Part shown: in pieces, positions 47,981 to 57,481 of the stretch | Layout: each line of letters starts with the position of its first letter | How positions within the stretch are numbered: the stretch's first letter is position 1 | Assembly: GCA_965223545.1 (NCBI GenBank) | Contig: OZ245006.1 | Span: 5,920,001-5,984,000, forward strand | Source: Planctomycetota bacterium | Lineage (GTDB): Bacteria; Planctomycetota; UBA1135; UBA2386 | Direction of reading: 5' to 3' | DNA: 64,000 nucleotides | Position numbers and translations under genes: made by a program | The notes under the pieces: generated by a model | Told to the model about the DNA's origin: nothing | What the model saw: the letters and a program-made list of their open reading frames with translations, nothing else | The model's database searches: none

Positions 47981-48636
47981 GGGGGCGGGCTCCTCAGGTA
48001 ACCCAGAAACCCTGCGGTGAGCTCGTCCGTCAGGCGGCGGTCCGCGTGGCGCACCACTCTTGCTGGCCCCTCGCCGAACAAGATGACTTCGCGCAGGGTC
48101 GAGAGCGCCATCAAGAACGCGAAGGGAATCGCTTGGCGCGGTTGCGGGTGGCCAATCTCGGCGCGTCGAGTGAGCAGGAGCTGCACGAGGTGGGTGAGCT
48201 CCGCGTTCATCCTCTCGGTTCGCTCTTCGAACGCGGCGTCGTCCCGAGTGCGCGCAGCCAGGATCAGTGTGCGAAACAAGCCTCGCTTGGCTCGATGCAA
48301 GACAACCATGCTGTCGATGAGAGCGCGCACGATGGCGGCCAGGTTCTCGTCTTGCCACCGAGCCGGGTCGCATGCCGTCCGCAATGACGTGATCATGGTG
48401 CAGCAGTAGCGCTCGTCGAGGCACTGCAGCAGCGCCTCCTTGTCGCGCAGGCGGCCGTAGAACGCACCGACCGAGCAGTTCGCGCGGCGCGCGATGTCGC
48501 TGATGGAGAGGCGATCGAACGGTGTGTCCATCAAGAGCTCCTCGGTGGCGTCGAGGATGCGTTGCAGCGTGCGTTGGCTGCGCCGCTGCAACGACGGCTG
48601 CATCCACGAGGAATGGTCCGCAGACGGGGGCTTCAT
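47977..48636 (-). CDS. TetR/AcrR-family transcriptional regulator
   Basis: QRRSQRTLQRILDATEELL...SISDIARRANCSVGAFY...KEALL; overlaps the hydrolase start (ATGA). Confidence 0.92.
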   Translation of the reverse strand: MKPPSADHSSWMQPSLQRRSQRTLQRILDATEELLMDTPFDRLSISDIARRANCSVGAFYGRLRDKEALLQCLDERYCCTMITSLRTACDPARWQDENLAAIVRALIDSMVVLHRAKRGLFRTLILAARTRDDAAFEERTERMNAELTHLVQLLLTRRAEIGHPQPRQAIPFAFLMALSTLREVILFGEGPARVVRHADRRLTDELTAGFLGYLRSPPP

Positions 48637-48654
48637 CGGCACCTCGGTAAAATA

Positions 48655-48672
48655 GAATACGAATTCTGATTC
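48655..48672. promoter_or_regulatory. Imperfect palindrome GAAT-nn-GAATTC-nn-ATTC, candidate TetR operator
   Basis: GAATACGAATTCTGATTC within an AT-rich patch about 20 nt upstream of the tetR start. Confidence 0.55.
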
Positions 48673-48761
48673 GAATATAGTCCAAGAGCCGCGCGCGTCC
48701 AGTCCCCGGCCGCCGCGAATTCGTGTAGCGCTCGGTCGGCACTGCGCATAGCACGCCCGAC

Positions 48762-51700
48762 ATGCCCAACCGCTCGGTCGATCGCCACTTCGCCCACTAC
48801 TGCCGCACGCGGGACGCGCGCAGTCTGGCGCGGGTGTTCGATGCGACCGCCCCCGAGCTGCTGCGCATCGCGCTGCACTTGTGCGGCGACCGGCACCGGG
48901 CGGAGGACTTGCTGCAGAGCACGTTCTTGACCGCGATCGAGAAGGCCGGTCGCTTCGACGCGGAGCTGTCGGTGGTGCCCTGGATGCTCGGCATCCTCGC
49001 CAACGCCGCCCGCCAGCAGTGGCGCCGTGATCGGCGGCGGCCACCGCAGGATGCCGAGGCGACGGCACCGCCGACGACGGATGCCGATCCGCTCGGGCGC
49101 GTGACGGAGATGGAGCTCGACGACGCCGTCGACCGCGCTTTGGCCGGCTTGCCATCGACCTACCGCGAGGTGCTCGTGCTGCATCTCCGGCACGGGTTGA
49201 CCAGCACCGAGATCGCGCGCGCCAAGGGCGGCAAGCCGGCGACAGTCCGCACGCAGATCGCGCGCGGCATGGAGCACTTGCGACGCGCCCTACCGGCGGG
49301 GTTCGCCGCGGCGGGAGCCGCGGTCGCGGTGCCGCAAACCGTCATCGCGGCGGTGCGGCGCGAGGTTCTTCGCGCCGGCGTCGCGCACGAGACCGGCGGT
49401 GCCATCGCCGGTGGCGTGGTTGGCAGTGGAACGTTGTTGGTGGGAGTGACGATGAAGTACGTGATCGGAGGAGTGGCGGCGGCGTTGGCCGCGGCCGTGG
49501 TCGCGGCGTGGTGGAGCGCTGCGCCGAGCGGAGAAGTCGCCGCGGTGGCGCCCGAGGGCGCGCCCAGTGCGCTACCTCGGGGCGAGGTCGCGGTGGCGAA
49601 CGACGGTGCACCGCCCGCGCCGCAGGCGGCGGCGCGTGCGGCCCTGCCGCCGGCGGATGCGGCCGCGGTGCTCGAGGTCGCGGTGAGCCGCGCCGCGGAG
49701 GCCGTCGTCGGTGCGCTGGTCTGGGTGCGGCAGGACGGCGCCCTGCACCGCGGTGCGACCGAAGCTTCTGGGGTCGTCCGCTTCGCCGAGTTGGCGCAGG
49801 GCGAGTGCGTGATCCTGACCGATGCCGGCCGCGACGCGTTGCAACTGCAGGCCGGCACCAATCACTGGCAGGTGGAGCTCTCACCGGGGCTGCGCGTCGT
49901 GGGGGTGGTTGCCGACGTCGACCGGCGGCCGGTGGCCGATGCGCGCGTTTGCGCCTTTCGTCCCGAGCTGTTGGGCTGTGAGCACGTGCTCGGCTACTCG
50001 GACGAGCACGGCGCGTTCGCCATCGACCACGTGCCGCCGGGCACGCGCCTGGTCGCGCACAAGTCCGGCTACCAGCCCTCGGGCCCTCGCCATCGCGCGG
50101 TCGACGGTGAGGTCGGCGATGAGGTCGAGGTCGACCTGCGCCTCGGCGCGCGCGCTTTCGTACTGCGCGGCGAGGTGCGCGATGCGGCCGGCAACCCGGT
50201 TCCGCACGCGGCGGTCGGCATCGCGGTCGACGAGGACGCGCGTGATGACAGTCGCGGGCATGGCGCTCTGGCGCGGAAGGTGGGCGCGGAACGGGTGAAG
50301 CCGCTGGACCGCGAGACCTTCTTCGTCCGCGCCGACGCCAGCGGTCGATTCGAGAGCGACCAAGTGCCGGTCGGGCCGGTATTGGTCTTTGCCCGAGCGC
50401 CTTCGCCGCGCGACGCGGCGATCGGCACCGCGATCGTGCGGATGACCGGGGGCCCGCCGCAGACGGTGGTGGTGAACCTCGAGCGGGGCGCCGTGGTGCG
50501 CGGTCGGGTCGCCGACGACACCGGCGCTCCGTACGCCGGCTTGACCCTGCGCAGCGAGTGGCAGGGAGAAGCCGTGCTCGGCAATCTCGAGCACAACCTC
50601 GGCGGTTGGTTGGCGGATCGCGAGGCAGTCACCGACGCGAACGGTGAGTACGCGCTCACCGGTTTGCTGCCGGGCGAGCATCGGCTGTATGCCGGAGGTG
50701 AACTGCAGGTCGAGCACCGCCGCGTCCGCCGCGAGGCGACCAGGCATCGAGTCGAGGTGCCGCGCGGCGGCGAGGTGCGGTGGGACCCGACGGTGCGCCG
50801 GCAGTGGGACCTCGAGGTGGTGGTGCGCGACGCCGCCGGCCAGCCGTTGGCCGGCTGGGCGGTGGGCGTCGGTCGCGCGCGGCTGCGCGTGCTGCGAGCG
50901 CAGCGCACCGGCGCCGATGGCCGCATCGTGCTGCGCGCGTTGCCGCGCGGCGCGGCGCGGTTGGTCGTGCACGGACCGGCCGGCGAGGGGGGCGGTCCGC
51001 ACGCATTGCCGGCGGTCGATACCACGATCGAGCTGCCGGCCGACGGCCCCGTCGAGGTCACGGTCGGTGCCGATTCCTGGCCGGGGGTCGAGCTGCGTGG
51101 ATCGGTCGTGCACGCCGACGGCCGACCGGCGAGCGGAGCGCTGGAGTTGCGGCGCCCGGGTTGTGTCGAACGACTCCGCACCGCGGTCGATGCGGACGCG
51201 GGTGGCAGCTTCTCGTTCGCCGGTTTGTCGCCGGGGCCGGTGGTGCTGATCGGGCAGCTGCGCGGTTGTCGGAACGACTGGGTGCTGGGGCGTTTCGAAG
51301 TGCGCGCCGGCCAGCCGCTCGACGTTGGCCGTCTGGTGCTGCCGGCGTTCGGCCGGCTGGAGGTGCGCGTGCCCGGCGTCACCGCGCAGGGCGACCTCGA
51401 ACTCTGGATCGCGCCGGCCAGCGGCGACGCGCCCGGCGGTCGGTTGGGCATCTGGCGGCAGCGCGATGGCAAATGGCGTTCGGACGAGCTGGTGCCCGGC
51501 CGCTACCGCGGAGTCGTGCGCCAGAGCGGCGCCGTGCCGGCGCGGTTCGACTGCGAGGTGCGGGCCGGCGAAGCCACGGTCGTCGAAGCCGTGCCTCCCG
51601 ACGCCATCGCGCAGGAGTTCGTCGTGTCGCTGCCGCCGAACGCCGCGGCGCTCGCCAACGAGCGCACCCGCGACCGCGGTCGCGTGCACTTCTCGGTCTG

Positions 51701-51911
51701 GGACCGAGACGGGGTGCTCATCGCCGACACGCGGCGGACCGAGCCGTTCGTGGAGCCGGCCACGCGCACGCTGCGCACCACCCTGCGGTTGCCGCCCGGC
51801 CGCTACTTGGCAGACGTGGAGGATCACTGGTTCGGGGAAGCACACCCGAGTGCGACAGTCTCCTTCGAGGTCGCGCCCGGCAGTGCCCCGGTCGTGGTCC
51901 GGATTCGCTGA
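48762..51911 (+). CDS. ECF sigma factor fused via a TM helix to carboxypeptidase-regulatory-like repeats
   Basis: N-terminal AEDLLQSTFL, PWMLGIL, LP..YREVLVL and TVRTQIARG; TM segment near MKYVIGGVAAALAAAVVAAWW; repeated G.V.D..G.PV..A and TD..G.F/Y units. Confidence 0.88.
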   Translation: MPNRSVDRHFAHYCRTRDARSLARVFDATAPELLRIALHLCGDRHRAEDLLQSTFLTAIEKAGRFDAELSVVPWMLGILANAARQQWRRDRRRPPQDAEATAPPTTDADPLGRVTEMELDDAVDRALAGLPSTYREVLVLHLRHGLTSTEIARAKGGKPATVRTQIARGMEHLRRALPAGFAAAGAAVAVPQTVIAAVRREVLRAGVAHETGGAIAGGVVGSGTLLVGVTMKYVIGGVAAALAAAVVAAWWSAAPSGEVAAVAPEGAPSALPRGEVAVANDGAPPAPQAAARAALPPADAAAVLEVAVSRAAEAVVGALVWVRQDGALHRGATEASGVVRFAELAQGECVILTDAGRDALQLQAGTNHWQVELSPGLRVVGVVADVDRRPVADARVCAFRPELLGCEHVLGYSDEHGAFAIDHVPPGTRLVAHKSGYQPSGPRHRAVDGEVGDEVEVDLRLGARAFVLRGEVRDAAGNPVPHAAVGIAVDEDARDDSRGHGALARKVGAERVKPLDRETFFVRADASGRFESDQVPVGPVLVFARAPSPRDAAIGTAIVRMTGGPPQTVVVNLERGAVVRGRVADDTGAPYAGLTLRSEWQGEAVLGNLEHNLGGWLADREAVTDANGEYALTGLLPGEHRLYAGGELQVEHRRVRREATRHRVEVPRGGEVRWDPTVRRQWDLEVVVRDAAGQPLAGWAVGVGRARLRVLRAQRTGADGRIVLRALPRGAARLVVHGPAGEGGGPHALPAVDTTIELPADGPVEVTVGADSWPGVELRGSVVHADGRPASGALELRRPGCVERLRTAVDADAGGSFSFAGLSPGPVVLIGQLRGCRNDWVLGRFEVRAGQPLDVGRLVLPAFGRLEVRVPGVTAQGDLELWIAPASGDAPGGRLGIWRQRDGKWRSDELVPGRYRGVVRQSGAVPARFDCEVRAGEATVVEAVPPDAIAQEFVVSLPPNAAALANERTRDRGRVHFSVWDRDGVLIADTRRTEPFVEPATRTLRTTLRLPPGRYLADVEDHWFGEAHPSATVSFEVAPGSAPVVVRIR

Positions 51912-52079
51912 GTAGGCTCAGGCGGCTGGGCCGGAGCGCGATTCGGCCGCTGCTCGCGCTGACCCGCAGCGCCCATGGCGTGGCGAAACTGCCGTCCGCA
52001 ATGAAAACCGCGACTCGGGCCGGCATGCCGAATAGGCTCTGGACCGCCCCGATGTAGGCCGTCCTGCCCACGACCGCGC

Positions 52080-54956
52080 ATGCTGGTTCCGACCCTCTGT
52101 CTGCTCTCTTCTCTGCAGGGAAACCTCGTCCTGCCGCCTCGGCCGAAGCCCGCGGAGCCGGCGCGGGCGCAACAGCCCGAGCAGCTCTCCGAGTTCGAGC
52201 GCTATCACCGCGACGTGGTCGGCTTGCGGCGTTCGCTGCAGCTGTCGCGCGCCGCGCGCGATCTGCTGCTGGATGAGATCGGCGCGCGCTACGCCGACCC
52301 GGCCGCGCAGGCGCTGGTCGCGGCTCGCCGCGACCGCGAGGATCTGCTGTACGGGTCGCTGTTGGTGTTGGAGCGATTCGGTAGCGCGGAGCACGTCGAG
52401 GAGCTGCTCTATCTCGTGTTGACGCGGCCGCTCGGCGCGGCGACCCGGCAGGCGGTCGAAGTGGTGGCCCACTTGGCGGCTGAGCGGGGCAAGGAAACCC
52501 TGATGAACTGTCTGTCGGCGCGGTACGCCGGAGTGCGCAAGGCGGCGACCGACTTGTTGCTGGCGCGCATCGACAACACCGACCTCGATCGCGTGCTCGA
52601 GTTGTCGCGCAGCCAAGAAGACGACGTGCGGCGCAAGGCCCTCTACCTGCTGGGTGCGCTGCCGGCGCCGGCTTCGCAGGAGCGCTTGATCGAGGCGTTG
52701 CACGAGCGCGATTCGACGATTGCCTCGACCGCCTGCCGTTCGCTGGTGGCACACGGGCCGGAGGTGGCGCCGCGGCTGGTGGCGATCGTCAATCGACCCG
52801 CGCTCGGTCGCAATTTCGGCTACGCCGCGTTCGCGCTGACGATGCTCGAAGACCAGACTGGCTCCGAGCTGTTGACCGACAGCATGGTCGCCAATCTGCG
52901 GGTCGAGCTCACCGGCAACGACCCGTTCGGCCGGGCGACCGCGGCGCTGGCGCTGGCCAACTTGGCGTTCCGCAGCGACGATGCCCTGGGCGCGCGCTAC
53001 GGCGATCGCGACATCGTCGAAGGCCTGCTACTGGTGGTTGCGCCGCGCGCGTTCGTCTCCAACATCAGCATGCTGCAGCAGCCGGCGACGACCAAGCTGA
53101 CGCAGTTCACCGGTGTCGACATGAGCGGCCGCAACTCCGCTTGGCACGTCTGGTGGGAGAAGCAGCGCGGGCAGTTCGTCGGCAGCCGACTGGCGGTGGC
53201 GATCACCGCCGAGAGCGCCGCGCGCGCGACGCTCACCTGGGTCGGCGTCGATCACGAGTACCGCTTCTTCGGGGAAAGCGCCGAGTGGACGGACGCGTCG
53301 CTCGGCGACGAGGTGGATCGTTTCGTGCTCAGCGGAGCCGAACTCGACGCGCTGGTGCGTCGGTTGCGCGAGCTCGGCTTCATGACCACGGCGTTGCTGA
53401 CGACCGCGGCGGCCGAAGTGCTGCCCAGCGTGCGTTCGCTGCAGCTCGAGGTCGACGGTGCCCGCAGCAAGATCAGTGGGCCGGGTGCCGGGGCGCGATG
53501 GATGGACGCGTTCGCGGCGGAGATCGGCGCGGTGGTCCAGCGCGAGCGCTGGCAGCTGTACGCGGCCGCCACCGGTCGGGACGAGGTCCTGGAGTACTGG
53601 CGCAGCGAGCGCCAGTGGTTGGCGGACCACGAAGATCCGGTCGAACGCGAGCGCCGGCTGCTGGGCCGCGTGCTGGCGCGGTTGCCGGCGCTGGCTGGCG
53701 CCCGGCGCGAGCGGGCGATGCAGCACCTGATGGCGCTGGCCGTGACCGACGGCGTGATGCAGCGCGAGCACGGCGCGCAGATCGTCGAGCTGCTGCGGCG
53801 CAGAGAAGAGATCGATGCCCACGCCCTACAGCTGCTCGAAGCGGGCATGCTGGTGCCCGGCGGAGACTACTGGCGCGAGCTGCTCGCCGTGGTCGAAGAG
53901 CGCTATGACGCCGGCGGCAAGGAGGCGTTGCCCGGAGTGTTCGCCCTGTTGGGTGCCGAGCGCGTGCGATTGGCGATCGGCTCCGAGCGTCCGCGGCTGG
54001 CCGTCGCAGCGATGATCGAGGCCGCCAACCTGCGCGACCTCGGCGCCGTCGACGTGCTGTTGCCGCGGCTCGATGGGGACGACCCCGAAGTGGTGGAGGC
54101 GGCGATCTACGCGCTCGGCAGGATCGGCGCGCCCGCGGCGCGCCCGGTCTTGTTGGCGATGGAGACCGACCCGGAGGTCGAGATCAGGACGCGTCGCGTG
54201 ATCTGGGTCGCGCTCGCGCGGATCGGCGGCGACCGGGTGTTCGAGATCCTGCAGTCGGCGGTCGCGTCGCCGGCGCTCCCCGACCAGATGGCGGCGTTGC
54301 AGGCGCTGGGCGAGCTCGACGAGCTCCGCGCCGCGCACGTCCTCGCGCAAGTCCTCGTCTCGCACGGCATCAGCCCGCGCGGCACGCAGGCGATCGCGTC
54401 ATTGCAGAAAATGGGCGCGCTGCTCGCCGGACCCGCTCTGCGTCGGCACCTGGGCGTGCGCGATGCCCGGGTGCGGGGCGAGATCGTGCAGCTGTTGGCG
54501 GAGTTTCAGGATCCGACCGTGGTGCCGGACCTGATCGCGTTGCTGGAGGACGAGCCCGAGCGCACGCGCACGGTCTTGCTGCTGGCCGGCATCACCGGCG
54601 TCGACCTCGCGCAGCAGAACGACCGCGTCGCGTTCATGCGCGAGTGGTGGCGTTCGCACAAGGATCTGCCGCAGGGCGTGTGGTACCTCGAGTGCTTGCA
54701 GGCCAACCAGATCCCCACCGCTCTCGCGATCGACGATCTCGCGCCGAAGATCGGCTTCCGCGCCGTGCCCGAGCTGACGCGGGTGCTGCTCGAGACGCAC
54801 CTGCCCCACGTCCGCGTGATGACCGCGGCGATGCTGCGGGAGACCACCGCGCGCGACTTCGGACCGGTGTCGTTGGCGATGACGCCGAGCACGGTGCAGG
54901 CGCTCGCCGACCGCTACCGCTACTACGCCGACATCGAGCGTGGCGTCGGCCGGTGA
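52080..54956 (+). CDS. Exported HEAT-repeat protein
   Basis: Short signal peptide; HEAT-like repeats (AGVRKAA, DDVRRKALYLLG, DPEVVEAAIYALG, DARVRGEIVQLL). Confidence 0.78.
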   Translation: MLVPTLCLLSSLQGNLVLPPRPKPAEPARAQQPEQLSEFERYHRDVVGLRRSLQLSRAARDLLLDEIGARYADPAAQALVAARRDREDLLYGSLLVLERFGSAEHVEELLYLVLTRPLGAATRQAVEVVAHLAAERGKETLMNCLSARYAGVRKAATDLLLARIDNTDLDRVLELSRSQEDDVRRKALYLLGALPAPASQERLIEALHERDSTIASTACRSLVAHGPEVAPRLVAIVNRPALGRNFGYAAFALTMLEDQTGSELLTDSMVANLRVELTGNDPFGRATAALALANLAFRSDDALGARYGDRDIVEGLLLVVAPRAFVSNISMLQQPATTKLTQFTGVDMSGRNSAWHVWWEKQRGQFVGSRLAVAITAESAARATLTWVGVDHEYRFFGESAEWTDASLGDEVDRFVLSGAELDALVRRLRELGFMTTALLTTAAAEVLPSVRSLQLEVDGARSKISGPGAGARWMDAFAAEIGAVVQRERWQLYAAATGRDEVLEYWRSERQWLADHEDPVERERRLLGRVLARLPALAGARRERAMQHLMALAVTDGVMQREHGAQIVELLRRREEIDAHALQLLEAGMLVPGGDYWRELLAVVEERYDAGGKEALPGVFALLGAERVRLAIGSERPRLAVAAMIEAANLRDLGAVDVLLPRLDGDDPEVVEAAIYALGRIGAPAARPVLLAMETDPEVEIRTRRVIWVALARIGGDRVFEILQSAVASPALPDQMAALQALGELDELRAAHVLAQVLVSHGISPRGTQAIASLQKMGALLAGPALRRHLGVRDARVRGEIVQLLAEFQDPTVVPDLIALLEDEPERTRTVLLLAGITGVDLAQQNDRVAFMREWWRSHKDLPQGVWYLECLQANQIPTALAIDDLAPKIGFRAVPELTRVLLETHLPHVRVMTAAMLRETTARDFGPVSLAMTPSTVQALADRYRYYADIERGVGR

Positions 54957-55390
54957 GACCGGCACTCGTGCTGGCGGCGCTCGCCGCGGCCTTCGCCGCC
55001 GCGTTTGCCGCCCAGCGGGCGCGCTCGGTGCTACTCGCGGTGGAGGACCGGGCGGACGAGGCGGCAACGATCGCGGCGGCCACCGGGCTGTTGCCCGTCG
55101 AGGTGCTGGCCTTGCTCGAGCTGCACGGAGGTGAGCTCGTCACCGGCGAGTGGCGGGCGCGGGCGGTCGAGCTGGCGGCGGCGGAGCGGGTCTACGGTCA
55201 CATCGCTCTGGCGGTCTTGGCGATCGGTGGCCAGGAGTCGTTGGCGACGAGGCTGCGCGCGGAGGCCGGCCCGGAGCCGGGGCGCATCGAGGCCGCGGTG
55301 CGCCGCGAACGGGCCGCGGTCGAGCGTGCGGTGCGCTTTCTCGAGACCGCGGCGCGCCTGGCCGACCGGCTGCCGTTGCCCCAGAGCTAG
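54953..55390 (+). CDS. Hypothetical membrane-anchored protein
   Basis: GTGA overlap with the HEAT gene; N-terminal hydrophobic helix. Confidence 0.6.
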   Translation: MRPALVLAALAAAFAAAFAAQRARSVLLAVEDRADEAATIAAATGLLPVEVLALLELHGGELVTGEWRARAVELAAAERVYGHIALAVLAIGGQESLATRLRAEAGPEPGRIEAAVRRERAAVERAVRFLETAARLADRLPLPQS

Positions 55391-55416
55391 AGCGCGCGGT
55401 TGCGCCGGGCGGCGGA

Positions 55417-55794
55417 TCACGGCGCCGGCAGGTCCCGCAACAGCGTGCGCAGCGAGGCCAGCTCGGGGCGCTCGGCGACCTGCTGCAGGGCGGCCAGGAA
55501 CCTGCGCTGCAGGGTGGCGATCTCGGCCGCGTGCCGGCGTTCGAGGCGCTGCCAGGCGGGGCCGCCCGAAAGCGCCGCGCGGCGCTTGGCCAGAGCGCGT
55601 GCCCGGGCGATCAGATCGGGGAGCCGCCGCTGCGCCGCGGCGACGTCGCCGCCGTCGCGGGACCGCTCGACCAGCTCGGTCATGGCACGCATCAACGCCA
55701 GGTGCTCGGCGTGCACGGTCGCGACTCCGTCGGAGCACGCCGCCGCGAGCAGCGCACCGGCGGTCGCCGCGAGACATCCGGCCGGGTGGGGCAT
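55417..55794 (-). CDS. Hypothetical helical lipoprotein
   Basis: Lipobox LLAAAC; TACCGT 7 nt upstream of the ATG. Confidence 0.6.
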   Translation of the reverse strand: MPHPAGCLAATAGALLAAACSDGVATVHAEHLALMRAMTELVERSRDGGDVAAAQRRLPDLIARARALAKRRAALSGGPAWQRLERRHAAEIATLQRRFLAALQQVAERPELASLRTLLRDLPAP

Positions 55795-55820
55795 CGACGC
55801 CACGGTAGGGGAGCGTGGAT

Positions 55821-55835
55821 CCGCTTGACAAGCGG
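55821..55835. promoter_or_regulatory. Palindrome CCGCTTG-A-CAAGCGG in the divergent lipoprotein/radical SAM intergenic region
   Basis: Perfect 7-bp arms; contains TTGACA (+) and TTGTCA (-), the latter 18 nt from the TACCGT -10-like hexamer of the lipoprotein gene. Confidence 0.5.
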
Positions 55836-55894
55836 TCCCACGAGGGCTGCATCGCAAGGGCCCGCGGCGAGGTAGACTTCAAACAACTGCAACC

Positions 55895-57433
55895 ATGCGC
55901 ACGACTCCGCTCGAACCCGACGAGAAACAGCGTCTTCTGCGCGCCAACCGCGAGCGCCTCGAGCGGGACATGATCAGCGGCCGGCTCGAGTTCGAGTCGA
56001 TGCCGCGGGTCGTCGATCTGCAGCTGTCCAACGTCTGCAACATGTCGTGCACGATGTGCTACGACGGCAACAACCCACCGGTGCAGAAGATGGACGAGGC
56101 CCTTGCCGAGCGGGTCTGTGCCGAGGTGTTGCCCACCGCCAGCGAGATCGTGCCGTTTGCCGGCAGCGAGCCGCTGATCTTCACCTGGGATCAGACCCGC
56201 AGTCTCGCCGAGCGCTATGCCGTCGAGCTCGACCTGATCACCAACGCCCAGTTCTTGGACGACGCCAAGTTCGACGAGCTGGAGCCGCACGTGACGCGCG
56301 TCACGTTTTCCATCGACAGCCACATGCGCGACGTCTACGAGCGCATCCGGCTGCGTTCCAAACCCGACAAGGTGTTCGCCAACTTGCCGCGGGCGGTGGC
56401 GCGCTGTCGTGAGCACGGCATCGAGCCGCAGGCCAACGTCGTGTTCATGGTGGAGAACGCCGCCTATCTGGAAGAGACCGTCGACTTCCTCGCCGCGCAG
56501 GGCTGCACCACGGTGCGGTTGTTGGCGTTCCACTTGCCGCCGGGTTTGGCTCCGCACCGCAAGTTCTCGGACCCGCTGCGCTACCTGCACCCCGATTGGC
56601 TTCAGTGGAAGATGGAGCAAGTGCGCGCCGTTGCGCGCCAGCGCCAGGTGCGCTTGATCTTCGAGGGGCAGCACCGCGAGGAGCACGACTTCCGACCCGC
56701 CGACCTCGAGCTTCGCCGGCGGCCGGACCACTCGGTCTGGGAGGAGCTCCGCCACTTCTATCCGGGCTACTGCATGCAGTCGGTCGACCGCGTGAAGATC
56801 CACGCCGACGGCACGGTCTACCCCTGCTGTGTCGCCGAGGGGGAGGATCTGGTGCTCGGCAACGTCAACGAGCGTGCCTTCGCCGACATCTGGAACGGGC
56901 CCCAAGCGCGTGATCTGCGCCGAGCGATGCTCACTCACGACCTCCCCGACGTGTGCAAGAGCTGCGGTTTCCACACGGCGTGGTTGTTGCCCGAGCGCGA
57001 TCACTTGCCAGTCGTCGATTGGTTCTACGAGCGCCACCAGCAGGGTGCCTTGCCAGCGGTGGAAGCCGAGCGGTGGCAGCTCTCACTCGAAGGGCCCGTG
57101 CACATGGCGCGGGCCGAGCAGCCGCCGACGTTCGCGTGGAGCGCCACCGGCGAGGCGGCCGGAACTCGATTCGACGCGTTCTTCGTGGTGCTGGGGGTGG
57201 GCGGGATCTTCCACGAACGCAACGTGGTCTTCGAAGTGGATGGCGGCGAGCGCTCGTTCACGCCGAGCACCGAGCAGTGGGCTGCGCTGTTGCCCAACAT
57301 CGGCCATTGGTGGACCGTGTGGGGCATCGTGCGCGCGCGGCCCGAGGACGCCGTCCGCGCCGGGACCCTGCGCTGCGTCGTGCGGCACCAGCCGATTCCA
57401 CGCGTCGCCGGCAGCACGCTGTACGGCGAGTGA
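55895..57433 (+). CDS. Radical SAM protein with SPASM/twitch domain and a C-terminal extension
   Basis: CNMSCTMC, AGSEP, ITN, SIDS; GYC...IHADGTVYPCC...LGN...IWNG...CKSC. Confidence 0.9.
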   Translation: MRTTPLEPDEKQRLLRANRERLERDMISGRLEFESMPRVVDLQLSNVCNMSCTMCYDGNNPPVQKMDEALAERVCAEVLPTASEIVPFAGSEPLIFTWDQTRSLAERYAVELDLITNAQFLDDAKFDELEPHVTRVTFSIDSHMRDVYERIRLRSKPDKVFANLPRAVARCREHGIEPQANVVFMVENAAYLEETVDFLAAQGCTTVRLLAFHLPPGLAPHRKFSDPLRYLHPDWLQWKMEQVRAVARQRQVRLIFEGQHREEHDFRPADLELRRRPDHSVWEELRHFYPGYCMQSVDRVKIHADGTVYPCCVAEGEDLVLGNVNERAFADIWNGPQARDLRRAMLTHDLPDVCKSCGFHTAWLLPERDHLPVVDWFYERHQQGALPAVEAERWQLSLEGPVHMARAEQPPTFAWSATGEAAGTRFDAFFVVLGVGGIFHERNVVFEVDGGERSFTPSTEQWAALLPNIGHWWTVWGIVRARPEDAVRAGTLRCVVRHQPIPRVAGSTLYGE

Positions 57434-57481
57434 GCGCGCGACGAGACAAGCGCCGACCCCGCGAGTCTGCGAGACACGGAG

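Noticed and set aside
55417..55794. Small ORF next to the radical SAM gene as a RiPP precursor
   Set aside because: It has a lipobox and helical composition, is divergently transcribed, and no RRE, peptidase or transporter is present.
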